Counted from the first letter of the stretch, positions 1-11,164 are shown. The stretch: 64,000 nucleotides of DNA from an uncultured Gammaproteobacteria bacterium (GCA_963848305.1 CAWKDC010000001.1:576001-640000), one strand, 5' to 3'. The notes: a model not told the origin generated them from the sequence alone. Numbers and translations: made by a program.

Positions 1-404
1 TGATCATTTTCAAAGCACCTCAGGAAAAAACGTATATCACTATTTTCACTGACATTGATTGTGGATATTGCCGCGCATTGCATAAAGAAGTGCCTGAATT
101 AAACGCAGCTGGTATCACGGTTCGTTACATGGCCTTCCCACGCGTGCCTGCAGGCCAGCCTTCATTCATCAAGTCACAGTCAGTCTGGTGTGCACCTGAT
201 CGCAATGCAGCGCTCACCGCAGCGAAAGGTGGCGCAGAACCCACACCTGCCACGTGCAAAGACCCTGTGTTAGAACAGCAGAAACTCGGTCAGTCGCTGC
301 AATTCACTGGCACACCTGTGATCATTTTCAAAGATGGTACCGTATCACCTGGGTATATGCCTGCGAAGGACTTAATTAAAGCCGCTTTCGGGAATGCAGG
401 TTAA
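1..404 (+). CDS. dsbC: DsbC-family thiol:disulfide isomerase (5' end outside window)
   Basis: Frame reads VFTDIDCGYCRALH (CxxC), LAFP-like MAFPR, VWCA, GTP and PGY motifs. Confidence 0.85.
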   Translation, partial: IIFKAPQEKTYITIFTDIDCGYCRALHKEVPELNAAGITVRYMAFPRVPAGQPSFIKSQSVWCAPDRNAALTAAKGGAEPTPATCKDPVLEQQKLGQSLQFTGTPVIIFKDGTVSPGYMPAKDLIKAAFGNAG

Positions 405-450
405 TGTATTGTAAGGGGTGCAGCAGGATGGCTGCACCCTCTTCCAGCCG

Positions 451-2161
451 CTAGGCGCTTTTTCTCAACCCCAGATACACTGCTCCCGCCAACACAGCGC
501 CCTGCAACATCAGGCCGAACAGGTTCGGGTAAATACCGAGCATATCAATCCGAGGGAATGGCACTGTCCACACAGGCACTTTGCCCGCTTCTTCCAACCC
601 GTGAATACCTTGGCCAATAAAAACAATCGCAAACAAGAAGATCAACCACGCGCTGACCTTGAAGAATGATTGAAGCGGTAAACGTAAACCATATCGTGCC
701 ATTAAAAACACGATCAACAATAACATGGCCAATGCCACGAGAATGCCGAGCCATATCATGTTCATGCCTTGTGAACCGACTTGCAAGCTCAAGGCTTCAT
801 AGAACAATACTGTTTCAAATGACTCGCGATACACTGCTAAAAATGATAACGCGCCCAAGCCCCAACGAGCTTCTTCTGTCACTTGCTTGCTGAATTTTTC
901 TTTCAAGTAAGTGCGCCAATCATGCGCCAATTGATGACGATGGATCCAAATGCCGACGTACAATAACATCCCCGCAGCAACCAATGCCGTCACACCTTCC
1001 GTTACTTCACGCGCTGCACCACTGATGCTGATCAAGGTATGAGAAACCCACCAGGTTAAACCGCCAGCGAACAATGCGAGGCACCCAGCCTGCATGAATA
1101 GCGGGCAACAATGTGCGTTTTTCCGCTTTGATCAACATGACGATCAACATGCCCACGATGAGGATAGATTCTAACCCTTCGCGCAATAAAATCACCAAAG
1201 AACTTAAGAAGATTGCTGGACTTGAGAATTCGGTTGTTGGCAATGTGGTTTGAACATCAGTTAACACCATCCGCAATGCTTCATATTGTGTTTTTAACGT
1301 TTCTATAGGCACACCCTTTTCAATGGCTGCGCGGAAATCCATCATTTGTTTTTCAATCACAATGCGTTGCGTGCGATCCAATACATCTAACACGGCTTCC
1401 GCAGTTTCAAAACCATCTAAATAGGCTGAGAGTGCGTATTGATAGGCCGCTTTCGGATCTTGTGCGGCGTAACTTTGCATGCTCAAGGCCAATTTGTTGA
1501 GCGTGATGGAAAAGGGATCGCTACCAGTGATCCCTTTAATATAATACGCCAAGTTCCAACGCTCTTCTTCAGTAAACGCTTTTTCATACGATGCCATTGA
1601 TGTGCCTGCGACACCCAGCGTGATTGTATTATAAAGTGCAAAGGGACTGAGCTGATCCATGCGATTGTGATCGGTAAAATTGGTCGGCGCAGGCTCTAAG
1701 CCTTTGGCCAATGGGCCATCCCCAGCCCCGGTGGCACCGTGACATGCCACGCAGTTGGTTTCATAAAGCGTTTTACCCATGGCAAGATCAGGTGCTTTAG
1801 CAGGGGCTAAGGTGACATTGAGGATGGATTGAAGATCTGACGTCAACTTCCCTGTTTGTTGGCGTACGTCTTTGAGCGGGGCACGTTCGTTGACCAATTG
1901 TTTTAAATGCTTGGCTTGCTTGATCAGTGAAGCTTTCTGGGCATGATCAGGCAATGCGTTAATAGCACCGAGAATAATCTCTGAAAATTCCTGCATTTCT
2001 TCGTATTCTGCAGGGTTTTTGATATGTTGTTTGTCGTCAATCGCTTCTTCATAGTCCACACCGACATAATCAACCAACTGGAGCAATTGTGCATCTGAGA
2101 TTGGGTTAGCCCACAGCGGGAGCGTCAGGAAAAAAGCCACGAGAACAGACAGTAAACGCAT
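451..2161 (-). CDS. Cytochrome c / FTR1-family iron permease, split by an apparent single-base frameshift near 1080
   Basis: LVDYVGVDY N-terminus, CVACHG heme motif, REGLE motif in ORF 1007-2206; second RESFE motif and TM helices in ORF 451-1095; Fur box upstream. Confidence 0.85.
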
Positions 2162-2188
2162 GGATGAGCCCCTTGTGTGAGTTCGGTA

Positions 2189-2234
2189 AATAAGAATGAT
2201 TCTCAATTATACGGAAAGAAAGGGGGATTGACAA
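2189..2234 (-). promoter_or_regulatory. Sigma70 promoter (TTGTCA-17-TATAAT) overlapping a Fur box
   Basis: Minus strand ttgtca-atccccctttctttccg-tataat followed by tgagaatcattcttatt, close to Fur consensus GATAATGATAATCATTATC, upstream of an iron permease. Confidence 0.8.
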
Positions 2235-2975
2235 CTAAAATGTACGCCTGACAACCTCCGCCACGTGATGCGTGGTAGCCCCTACAATTCGCCATACTCC
2301 CCTCAAAATACTGATCTCCGTCTCATCAGGCGCAGCCCGCAACAGCAAACGGCGCAAACGTTCTTTGAGTAATCGGGGATTCTCGGGGTCTAAAAACTGG
2401 GTTGCAATCAAGGTCTCGTATAAATGCTCCATCATGCGATCGAAATCGGCCATCGGCGCAGGGACATGATCCACAACAGGCAACATACCCGACGATTCAC
2501 GCAGCGTCATCATGATTTCATAACAAAGCACCTGAACAGCAGACGCTAGGTTGAGCGCACGGCAATCGGGAGAGGTGGGGATCTCCACGTGATAATGGCA
2601 TTGTTGTAATTCTTCATTATATAGCCCTCCCCGTTCGCGCCCGAAAACGAGCGCAACCGTTTGGCCACTCGCGGCCACTGAACACACCTTAGGACCCAAT
2701 TCGCGTGTGCCAAGCATGGGCCAAGGCAAGTGGCGCGATTGTGCGCTGGTGCCAATGACCAATGAAGCATCTTGTATGGCTTCTGATAACGTGGCAACAA
2801 CCCGCGCATTCGTTAAAATATCGACGGCATGTTCAGTCGCGCGCGCAGTGGCGCGATCATCGGGGAAAAATTTGGGATTGACGAGGATAAGGTTTGCAAA
2901 CCCCATGGTTTTCATGGCACGCGCAGTGGCGCCAATGTTGCCAGGGTGAGAGGTTTCGACGAGAACGATATTCAC
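2235..2975 (-). CDS. trmJ: tRNA (C32/U32-2'-O)-methyltransferase TrmJ
   Basis: IVLVETSHPGNIGATARAMKTMG, VFGRE, LNLASAVQ SPOUT motifs; adjacent to suhB. Confidence 0.92.
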   Translation of the reverse strand: MNIVLVETSHPGNIGATARAMKTMGFANLILVNPKFFPDDRATARATEHAVDILTNARVVATLSEAIQDASLVIGTSAQSRHLPWPMLGTRELGPKVCSVAASGQTVALVFGRERGGLYNEELQQCHYHVEIPTSPDCRALNLASAVQVLCYEIMMTLRESSGMLPVVDHVPAPMADFDRMMEHLYETLIATQFLDPENPRLLKERLRRLLLRAAPDETEISILRGVWRIVGATTHHVAEVVRRTF

Positions 2976-2977
2976 GA

Positions 2978-3745
2978 TTAACCATTCAATACTGATAAAA
3001 GTGCAGGCATCAACTTCATATTACATCCGACAAAACTGCCCGTTTTCAAATAATCGTCGCCATCTAAGCCGACAATCGCGCCGCCTGCTTCTAAGATCAT
3101 CAAAGTGCCGGCAGCAATGTCCCATGGTTTCATGCCCCATTGAACACATCCATCGGCATAACCTGCCGCCACATGCGCCAAATCAAGGGCCGCAGAACCG
3201 CTGCGACGAATTGCTCCCGCTTGCAACGTGAGGTGCATCATTTTTTGAACATGATCAGGCGTGAGATCGCGTTTGTTGAAGCTGATTGTCAGCAATGCTT
3301 TGGGCAATAACTTAATGGTACGGACGCGGATGCGATGATCATTGCAAAATGCGCCCGCGCCACGGGATGCCGTGAACAATACATCGCGCACGGGATCATA
3401 AATCAAACCATGTTCAATGCGCCCATTTTCTTCATATGCCATCGAAATGCAAAAGTTAGGATAACCATGGATAAAATTGGTGGTGCCGTCCAACGGGTCT
3501 ATGATCCAGCGGCAATCTTCCCGGCCTTCCGTTTCACCAGACTCTTCGCCCAAAAAACCATGGGTGGGATAAAATTGAGCGAGGGTATCTATAATAATTT
3601 CTTCTGACTTGCGATCCACGTCGGTGACATAGTCGTTCGCCCCTTTAACACTCACCTTGACATCTTCTAGGCGCTCGTAAGCACGCATGATATGTTGGCC
3701 TGCTTTACGTGCGGCGCGGGTGGCAATATTCAAAAATGGATGCAT
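2978..3745 (-). CDS. suhB: Inositol monophosphatase / Nus factor SuhB
   Basis: MHPFLNIA start, WIIDPLDGTTNF, GSAALDLA, WDIAAG. Confidence 0.93.
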   Translation of the reverse strand: MHPFLNIATRAARKAGQHIMRAYERLEDVKVSVKGANDYVTDVDRKSEEIIIDTLAQFYPTHGFLGEESGETEGREDCRWIIDPLDGTTNFIHGYPNFCISMAYEENGRIEHGLIYDPVRDVLFTASRGAGAFCNDHRIRVRTIKLLPKALLTISFNKRDLTPDHVQKMMHLTLQAGAIRRSGSAALDLAHVAAGYADGCVQWGMKPWDIAAGTLMILEAGGAIVGLDGDDYLKTGSFVGCNMKLMPALLSVLNG

Positions 3746-3883
3746 GGCAGACCTCTGGTACGACAGGCGAGCATGATACCATGAAAAGGTGGGGACGCGC
3801 CAATACAAAATGTCCCCGTGTAGATGACAGAATGGGCGTATGTGGTATGATTCTTGCAAATACCCCACGTTTTAGGAGGAAGA

Positions 3884-4315
3884 ATGTCCGATCTAGGGAA
3901 ACAAAATGAAGCGGTTGATACTGTTGTGGGCCATTATGCCACTACCCTGATGGTGATGGCAGCATTTGGCACCTTGATTGGCTTTCTGGTCGCTGCTTCC
4001 CTGGGTGAAACATACAACGTTATAGTTGAACACAATGATTTCTCGGGTGAAAGGCAGGTGGGGACATCTCATTATCCAGATGATGGCGGCTTTACCACAA
4101 ATAAAATACGCCTCACCCATACGGGCGGAAAATGGGTCGGTGGGGGTGCAGGTGTGGGTGCGGCGCTGGGTCTTTTGTTCGCGTTTATTTATAGAAATTT
4201 TTGGATGGGGCCGGCGAGTGATACGTCATCTAAAGCGACCGCCGGGTACGATTCATCATACGACAAAACGATTGGAACAATGACAGGCCGCGAGCCTTTA
4301 AGTAACGGCACCTAG
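3884..4315 (+). CDS. Hypothetical membrane protein with two hydrophobic segments
   Basis: AGGAGG RBS before ATG at 3884; two TM-like stretches, one Gly-rich. Confidence 0.6.
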   Translation: MSDLGKQNEAVDTVVGHYATTLMVMAAFGTLIGFLVAASLGETYNVIVEHNDFSGERQVGTSHYPDDGGFTTNKIRLTHTGGKWVGGGAGVGAALGLLFAFIYRNFWMGPASDTSSKATAGYDSSYDKTIGTMTGREPLSNGT

Positions 4316-4384
4316 ACCCTGGGCTATGTAATAAGGGGAGGTTTCTTAGATCCCTTGCAGATCGTTTTCCTTGCCCATAGTCAG

Positions 4385-5299
4385 CTACATCCCTGGCTCG
4401 AGCTTATGTGCCCCGCTTCTTGCGCCCAATGCTTTCAAGTGTTTGACCACCTCAAGCTGACTATTTTCTTGCGCGTGATCCAAGGCCGTTCTTCCTTCAT
4501 TGTCTTTAACATAAAGATTCGCACCCTGTGCCAGCAGACATTTAACCCTTTCGATAGAGCCAGATCCTGCAGCAACCATCAACGGCGTTACGCCATCATG
4601 ATCCGCCTTATTCACAATATCCACTTTTTCTGCAACTGATTTGTTGATCAATGCCTCTAAAATCGCAACATCATCCGCGCCGTGCATGCAAGTCCACAGC
4701 AAAGCCGTTCTTTGATGATGATCATGGCACTTGATATCAGCGCCCCGTTTAAGCAGCAGCTTAACGACCTTATGATGTGAGTAGAAGCAAGCCAGGATCA
4801 ACAAAGTTTGTCCATTGACATTTTTCACATTGGGTGAAGCACCTTTGTCAAACAACGCGGACAGCACCTCAACTGAGCCTTTGTGGGTTGCCGTGGTTAA
4901 TAGTTGCGTGAGATGCTCAGGCTTGAAAATCCGCTGCCAGTGTTTCTTGCAAGCGAACACTTTATCGTGAAACTGCTGAATCATGGCAGTTGATAACGGC
5001 TCATCAGGACGACACACTGGCAGCTCAGTTCTCAATATGGCGACGCGTGAGTTAATATTTCTGGGGTCAATCAGGTTAGCATTCATGCATGTCAGCACAG
5101 GTCTGAGCGTCCTGATCTCCTCATGCTTTGGTATCGTGAAGCAAAAGTAGCGAATCAAGGCGAGGACATGCCTAGGCAAGGCAGGTTTTCGACTTCCTTC
5201 AGGCATGGCCAACATCGCGGTAATGATAAGTGTTTGAAAATAGTCGAATTCAGGGGTAGATGCCCGCGGGGAAACAACGATATTCCCTTGATTTTGCAT
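4385..5299 (-). CDS. Ankyrin-repeat protein, candidate effector
   Basis: Repeats GQTLLILAC, RTALLWTC, GVTPLMVAA, GRTALDHA with LLxxGAD/GAN helices. Confidence 0.85.
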   Translation of the reverse strand: MQNQGNIVVSPRASTPEFDYFQTLIITAMLAMPEGSRKPALPRHVLALIRYFCFTIPKHEEIRTLRPVLTCMNANLIDPRNINSRVAILRTELPVCRPDEPLSTAMIQQFHDKVFACKKHWQRIFKPEHLTQLLTTATHKGSVEVLSALFDKGASPNVKNVNGQTLLILACFYSHHKVVKLLLKRGADIKCHDHHQRTALLWTCMHGADDVAILEALINKSVAEKVDIVNKADHDGVTPLMVAAGSGSIERVKCLLAQGANLYVKDNEGRTALDHAQENSQLEVVKHLKALGARSGAHKLEPGM

Positions 5300-5377
5300 G
5301 ATATAACCTCTTGTTGACGACAAGAGGTTATTTTATCATAATAAGTTAGAAGGTTCAATGGCTAATTATTGAGCCCA

Positions 5378-6811
5378 TTAAGATTTCTTTGGCATATACA
5401 AGTCTGTGATTGTCCCTTCGAAAATCTCCGTGGCCATGGCCAAGGTTTCAGCCAGGGTGGGATGAGGATGGATCGTCAGGGCGATATCTTCAGCGGTGCA
5501 GCCCATTTCAATGGCCAATGCCGCTTCTGCTATCAAATCACCGGCATGAGGACCCACAATGCCCGCACCCAACAAGCGGTGTGTCTTCTTGTCGTAAACG
5601 ACCTTGGTCAAACCCTCTGGGCGATCTTCACACAAAGCACGGCCACTCGCGGCAAACGGGAATATCCCCACGCCGACGTCATAGCCCTTCTCTTTCGCTT
5701 GGGCTTCCATCAAGCCAACCCATGCCACCTCAGGATCTGTGTAAGCGACGCTCGGGATACATTGAACATCGAAATAATGTTTTTTGCCCGCAATGACTTC
5801 AGCCGCCAAGCGCCCTTCTGGAATCGCTTTATGCGCCAACATGGGGTTACCATTGATATCACCAATGGAAAAAATATGCGGTACGTTAGTGCGCATTTGA
5901 TTATCCGCAGCAATGAAACCGCGATCGTCAACTTTAACGCCCGCTTTGTCGGCGCCAATCAACTTGCCATTGGGAATGCGTCCCACAGCGGATAATAATT
6001 TATCAAAACGTTCTGCTTTGCCAGGCGCATATTCACCATCAAATGTGACCCACAAGCCGTCCTTTTTCGCTTCCACGGCAGTGACTTTTGTTTTCAAATG
6101 AATCGCATTATAACGCGTCGACACATACTTCATGAAGGGTTTGAGCAAATCTTTATCGACACCACCGAGCAAACCATCAGCCAATTCAACCACAGTAACT
6201 TCGCTGCCCAGGGCGCGATAGACGCAAGCCATTTCCATTCCGATAATGCCGCCACCCATGACCAGCAATGATTTAGGAATGTCCTTCAATTCAAGCGCAC
6301 CGGTAGAATCCATCACGCGGGGATCGTCGTTTGGAATGAAAGGCAACGCGACAGGACGTGAACCTGCAGCAATGATCGCATAATCAAATGTGATCGTTTG
6401 TTTTGTGCCATCGGGTGAAGTGACTTGTAGTGTATGGGGATCAGTGAACACACCTTCGCCGTGCACGATCTCGACTTTGCGTTGTTTGGACAACATTTTC
6501 AAACCGCCGGTTAAGCGGGAAACAATGCCGTCTTTCCAACCACGCAAGGCGTCGATGTCAATCGTGGGTTTACCGTAACTCACGCCATGTTTGGCGAGCT
6601 CATTGCTTTCTTCGATGTGTTTGGCCACATGTAACAATGCTTTCGAGGGAATGCAACCGACGTTCAAGCACACACCGCCGATGCTTTCGTAACGTTCGAC
6701 AAGAGTGACTTTTTTGTCAGACTTTTGTTCTGCAAAAAGATCCGCTGCGCGGAATGCTGCTGAGTAGCCGCCAGGGCCGCTGCCGAGGACGAGAAGGTGT
6801 GTGTGTGACAT
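5378..6811 (-). CDS. lpdA: Dihydrolipoyl dehydrogenase (E3)
   Basis: GSGPGGY, GGVCLNVGCIPSK, HPHPTLAE. Confidence 0.97.
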   Translation of the reverse strand: MSHTHLLVLGSGPGGYSAAFRAADLFAEQKSDKKVTLVERYESIGGVCLNVGCIPSKALLHVAKHIEESNELAKHGVSYGKPTIDIDALRGWKDGIVSRLTGGLKMLSKQRKVEIVHGEGVFTDPHTLQVTSPDGTKQTITFDYAIIAAGSRPVALPFIPNDDPRVMDSTGALELKDIPKSLLVMGGGIIGMEMACVYRALGSEVTVVELADGLLGGVDKDLLKPFMKYVSTRYNAIHLKTKVTAVEAKKDGLWVTFDGEYAPGKAERFDKLLSAVGRIPNGKLIGADKAGVKVDDRGFIAADNQMRTNVPHIFSIGDINGNPMLAHKAIPEGRLAAEVIAGKKHYFDVQCIPSVAYTDPEVAWVGLMEAQAKEKGYDVGVGIFPFAASGRALCEDRPEGLTKVVYDKKTHRLLGAGIVGPHAGDLIAEAALAIEMGCTAEDIALTIHPHPTLAETLAMATEIFEGTITDLYMPKKS

Positions 6812-7048
6812 ATGTTGCTCTCCAAAAAATATTCTTCGTCATCCTAGAAACAATCTGTTTCCAGGCGGTGGCTTCCGGTTCACGCTGTGTGCGACCGGGA
6901 CGCTTACGCGGTTATCGGGAACCCAGTTGCAATTCGATATCAAAGGGCTCACGATCTTGGATCGTATCCTGGATCCCAAATATAAACGCGCAATGTGTCA
7001 ACCCATTTTAAACAATCCCGAGCGCGCTTATTCCGGGATAACGGGTTA

Positions 7049-8302
7049 TTATAATAATACCCTTCTTAAATCCGCCAATAATCCTGTTAAATACGTGATA
7101 AACCGTGCCGCTTGGGCGCCATCGATCACGCGGTGATCGTATGACAATGACAAAGGCATCATCAAGCGCGGCACAAATTGGCCGTCTTGATACACCGGTT
7201 TCATCTGTGATTTTGACACGCCTAAAATAGCGACGTCAGGTGCATTGATGATCGGTGTGAACGCTGTGCCGCCAATACCGCCCAAACTCGAAATGCTGAA
7301 GCAACTGCCTTGCATTTCGCTCGGTGTTAATTTACCGTCGCGGGCTTTTTGACTGAGTTCTCCCAATTCTTTCGCCAAATCGAATAAACCTTTTTGATCC
7401 ACATCGCGTATCACAGGAACAACTAATCCATGGGGTGTATCAACTGCCACTCCGATATGAAAATATTTTTTGAAGATCCATTCTTGGCCATCTGGCGATA
7501 GTGAAGAATTGAAATCAGGAAATTGTTTTAACGCAGCCACGACAGCTTTCATCAGAAAAACCAGTGGCGTTAATTTAAACCCTTGTTTTTCCGCGCGGGA
7601 CTTCTGGCTTTCACGGAAAGCTTCCAGCTCGGTGACATCGGCTTCATCAAATTGCGTGACATGAGGAATCACCACCCAATTGCGGTGCAAAAATGTGGCG
7701 GATAATTTTTTAATACGTGGGATCGGTTTGATTTCAAATTCACCAAACTGCGAGAAATCAACGACAGGCATTTGTGGCAAGCCTGTGCCAGTACTTCCAC
7801 CACCACCTTCCAAACGTTTTTTCACATAGGCGTGTAAATCAGACAATTGAATCCGACCCTTGCGACCAGATCCACCCACCAGGGACAACTCAATCCCCAA
7901 TTCACGCGCCAATCGACGGACAGCGGGACTGGCATACACATCAATACCGATTGTTGCAGGCTCAGTTGCCGCAACAGGCGCAGCGGACACTGCAACAGGC
8001 GTGACTTGGACAGGTGCAGGCATGGGGGTTGATACAGGCGCTGGAGCTGCTGGAGCTGCTGTGGTTGCTTCACCCATTTCTAACGTGTAAACCAAATCCC
8101 CTTGTTTGACTTTATCACCTACTTTTACAGCGACTGACGCCACCACGCCGCCTTCGCTCGCAGGTACATCCATCGCAGCTTTGTCGCTTTCCAGCGTCAT
8201 GATCGTGTCATTCTTGCGGATCACATCACCAGGTTTAATATTCACTTCAATAACACTGACCGCATTGGCGGTGCCGATATCGGGTACAAAAACTGATTTC
8301 AC
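7049..8302 (-). CDS. aceF: Pyruvate dehydrogenase E2 with a single lipoyl domain
   Basis: ESDKA lipoyl motif, ASPAVRRLA E3-binding domain, DHRVIDG. Confidence 0.95.
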   Translation of the reverse strand: MKSVFVPDIGTANAVSVIEVNIKPGDVIRKNDTIMTLESDKAAMDVPASEGGVVASVAVKVGDKVKQGDLVYTLEMGEATTAAPAAPAPVSTPMPAPVQVTPVAVSAAPVAATEPATIGIDVYASPAVRRLARELGIELSLVGGSGRKGRIQLSDLHAYVKKRLEGGGGSTGTGLPQMPVVDFSQFGEFEIKPIPRIKKLSATFLHRNWVVIPHVTQFDEADVTELEAFRESQKSRAEKQGFKLTPLVFLMKAVVAALKQFPDFNSSLSPDGQEWIFKKYFHIGVAVDTPHGLVVPVIRDVDQKGLFDLAKELGELSQKARDGKLTPSEMQGSCFSISSLGGIGGTAFTPIINAPDVAILGVSKSQMKPVYQDGQFVPRLMMPLSLSYDHRVIDGAQAARFITYLTGLLADLRRVLL

Positions 8303-8317
8303 GGGCCATCCCTCATA

Positions 8318-10965
8318 TTAAACAGTGACTGGATTGGGTTTTTCTGGATCAATTCCCAATGATTCGATGGCTTTCGCCACAACCTTGGGTTCGATTTTCC
8401 CTTCATCGGCTAATGCCTTCAAGGTACTGATCACAATGTATTTTGCATCAACTTCAAAAAAGTGCCGTAATTGCTTGCGCGAATCACTTCGACCGTAACC
8501 GTCGGTGCCGAGGGTCACAAATGTGTGGGGCACAAAGGCGCGGATTTGATCCGCAAAACTGCGCATGTAATCGGTAGCGGCAATGATCGGGCCTTCAGAT
8601 GAAGCGAGCGTTTGCGTGACATAAGGCACGCGCGCAGTTTCCATGGGATGAAAACGATTCCATCGTTCACAATCCAGCGCTTCGCGGCGCAATTCAGTGA
8701 AGCTGGGTGCACTCCACACGGTGCAAGCAACACCATATTCTTTTTCTAATATTTCAGCCGCTTTGATCACTTCCAACATGATTGTGCCCGAACCCATCAA
8801 TGAGGCTTTGATGCGACTCTTCGATTCAGAAGATTTGAATAAGTATAATCCTTTCAAAATGCCTTCGCGTGCATTCGTAGGCATGGCAGGATGTGCATAA
8901 TTTTCATTCATCACGGTGATGTAGTAAAAAATATTCTCTTCCTGTTGATACATGCGAACCAAACCGTCTTGCATGATCACGGCCAATTCATAAGCAAATG
9001 TGGGGTCGTAAGAGACGCAATTGGGAATAGTGGCCGACATAAGGTGACTGTGCCCGTCTTGATGTTGCAAGCCTTCACCCGCCAATGTGGTACGGCCCGC
9101 TGTAGCGCCCAATAAGAAGCCTCGCGCCTGCGCATCACCGGCGGCCCAAGCCAAATCGCCAATGCGTTGAAAACCAAACATCGAGTAGAAAATATAAAAG
9201 GGCATCATGGGGACGCCGTGATTGGCATAAGCAGTTCCCGCCGCAATCCACGATGACATCGCGCCAGCTTCAGTGATCCCTTCTTCTAAAATTTGGCCCT
9301 GTTTATCTTCTCGGTAATACATGACTTGTCCGAATCCATGGGTTCATATAATTGACCGACAGATGAATAAATACCCAGTTGACGGAACATGCCTTCCATC
9401 CCGAACGTACGGGCTTCATCAGGAATGATGGGCACGATATACTTGCTGAGGGCAGGATCTTTCACCAATATATTCAATATCCGCACAAACGCCATGGTGG
9501 TTGAAATCTGGCGCTCGCCTGTGTCTTTCAATAATGCATCAAATGCTTCAAGTGGCGGAATTGGCAATGACACTGCGATAGGTTTACGCGCTGGCAATGC
9601 GCCGCCCAGTGCTTCACGACGTTCTAAAAGATAAGTGACTTCTGGACTGTCTTTGCCAGGATAATAATACGAGACGGAGGAAACCTGCTCATCCGTCATC
9701 GGCAATTTGAAACGATCACGGAAAGCGATCAACGCACTTGCATCCATTTTCTTTTGTTGGTGCGTGATATTTTGCGCTTCGCCCGCTGCCCCCATGCCAT
9801 AACCTTTGACAGTTTTAGCGAGAACCACTGTGGGTCGACCCGTGGTGTGCACGGCTTTATAATAGGCAGCGTACACTTTTTGAGGATCGTGTCCTCCGTG
9901 GGTGAGGTGGAAAATCTCATCATCTGTCCAGTCGGCGACCATGGCCCTGGTTTCAGGATATTTACCGAAAAAATGTTCGCGTGTATAAGCGCCGCCACGT
10001 GCTTTGAAATTTTGGTATTCGCCATCCACACACTCTTTCATGCGTTGACGCAGCATGCATGACGTATCATTTGCGAGCAAGGTATCCCAGTTTTTGCCCC
10101 AAATCACTTTCAGCACTTGCCAGCCAGCACCTTTGAACACACCTTCAAGTTCTTGAATAATGTTGCCATTGCCACGTACAGGCCCATCAAGCCGTTGCAA
10201 ATTGCAATTGATGACAAAAATCAGGTTATCAAGTTTTTCACGACCCGCGAGTGAAATAGCACCGAGTGATTCGGGTTCGTCCATTTCACCATCGCCACAG
10301 AAACACCAGACTTTGCGACCGTCAGCGTCTATCAAACCGCGGTTATTCAGATATTTCATGAAACGCGCTTGGTAAATCGCTTTGAGTGGGCCAAGCCCCA
10401 TGGACACGGTGGGGAATTGCCAAAAATCAGGCATGAGCCAAGGATGTGGATATGAAGATAACCCACCCCCATCGACTTCCTCGCGGAAGCGGTCGAGTTG
10501 ATCTGTGGTGAGACGGCCTTCCAAAAAAGCCCGGGCATAAATACCGGGAGATACGTGGCCTTGAATATAGAGCAGATCGCCCCCGACAGTGGGCGTTTGG
10601 GCGTGGAAAAAATGATTAAAACCAACATCATACAGCGTGGCACTCGATGCAAAAGAGGCAATGTGCCCGCCCAGCTCCGGGGCACGTTTCCCCGCTCGCA
10701 AGACCATGGCAAGAGCGTTCCATCGAACAATGGCGCGGATGCGCCTTTCCATGTCATCATCCCCAGGTTTAAGGGCCTCGTCTTCGACAGCAATGGTGTT
10801 CACATAAGGGGTATTGAGGTTTTCGACACCAAGGTTGGTGTTAGAAGCCTTTTCATTGAGTTTGGTCAGAATCTCGTGAGCGCGCTCGGGACCTTCATGT
10901 TCTAGCACATCTTCAAAGGCTTGGAGCCATTCTTGTGTTTCTTGTTGAATTTCCCAGTCTGCCAT
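8318..10965 (-). CDS. aceE: Pyruvate dehydrogenase E1 (homodimeric type), split by an apparent frameshift near 9325
   Basis: LGGHIAS, SSYPHP, GDGEMDEPES in ORF 9286-10965; GQILEEGITEAG and GEGLQHQDG in ORF 8318-9322. Confidence 0.93.
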
Positions 10966-10996
10966 GCCTGCTCCTCATTGCCAATCTAGTGTTGTT

Positions 10997-11071
10997 TGGT
11001 AGGCACGAGTGGGATCGAACCACCGACCACCACGATGTCAACGTGGTGCTCTACCACTGAGCTACGTGCCT
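10997..11071 (-). tRNA. tRNA-Val (GAC)
   Basis: Minus strand AGGCACGTAGCTCAGTGGTAGAGCACCACGTTGACATCGTGG...GTTCGATCCCACTCGTGCCTACCA forms a cloverleaf with anticodon GAC and encoded CCA. Confidence 0.97.
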
Positions 11072-11164
11072 GTCTCCACACTAGATTCTAGTGGAGCGAA
11101 GATAACAGGAATTGGATTTTATTTCAAGTGATTTGGGGGTATTTGTGCCTTTAGGCATGCGATT

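Noticed and set aside
8318-10965. Programmed frameshift or split alpha/beta E1
   Set aside because: No slippery site or stimulator seen; the sequence is homodimeric AceE type, and similar indels occur in several other genes
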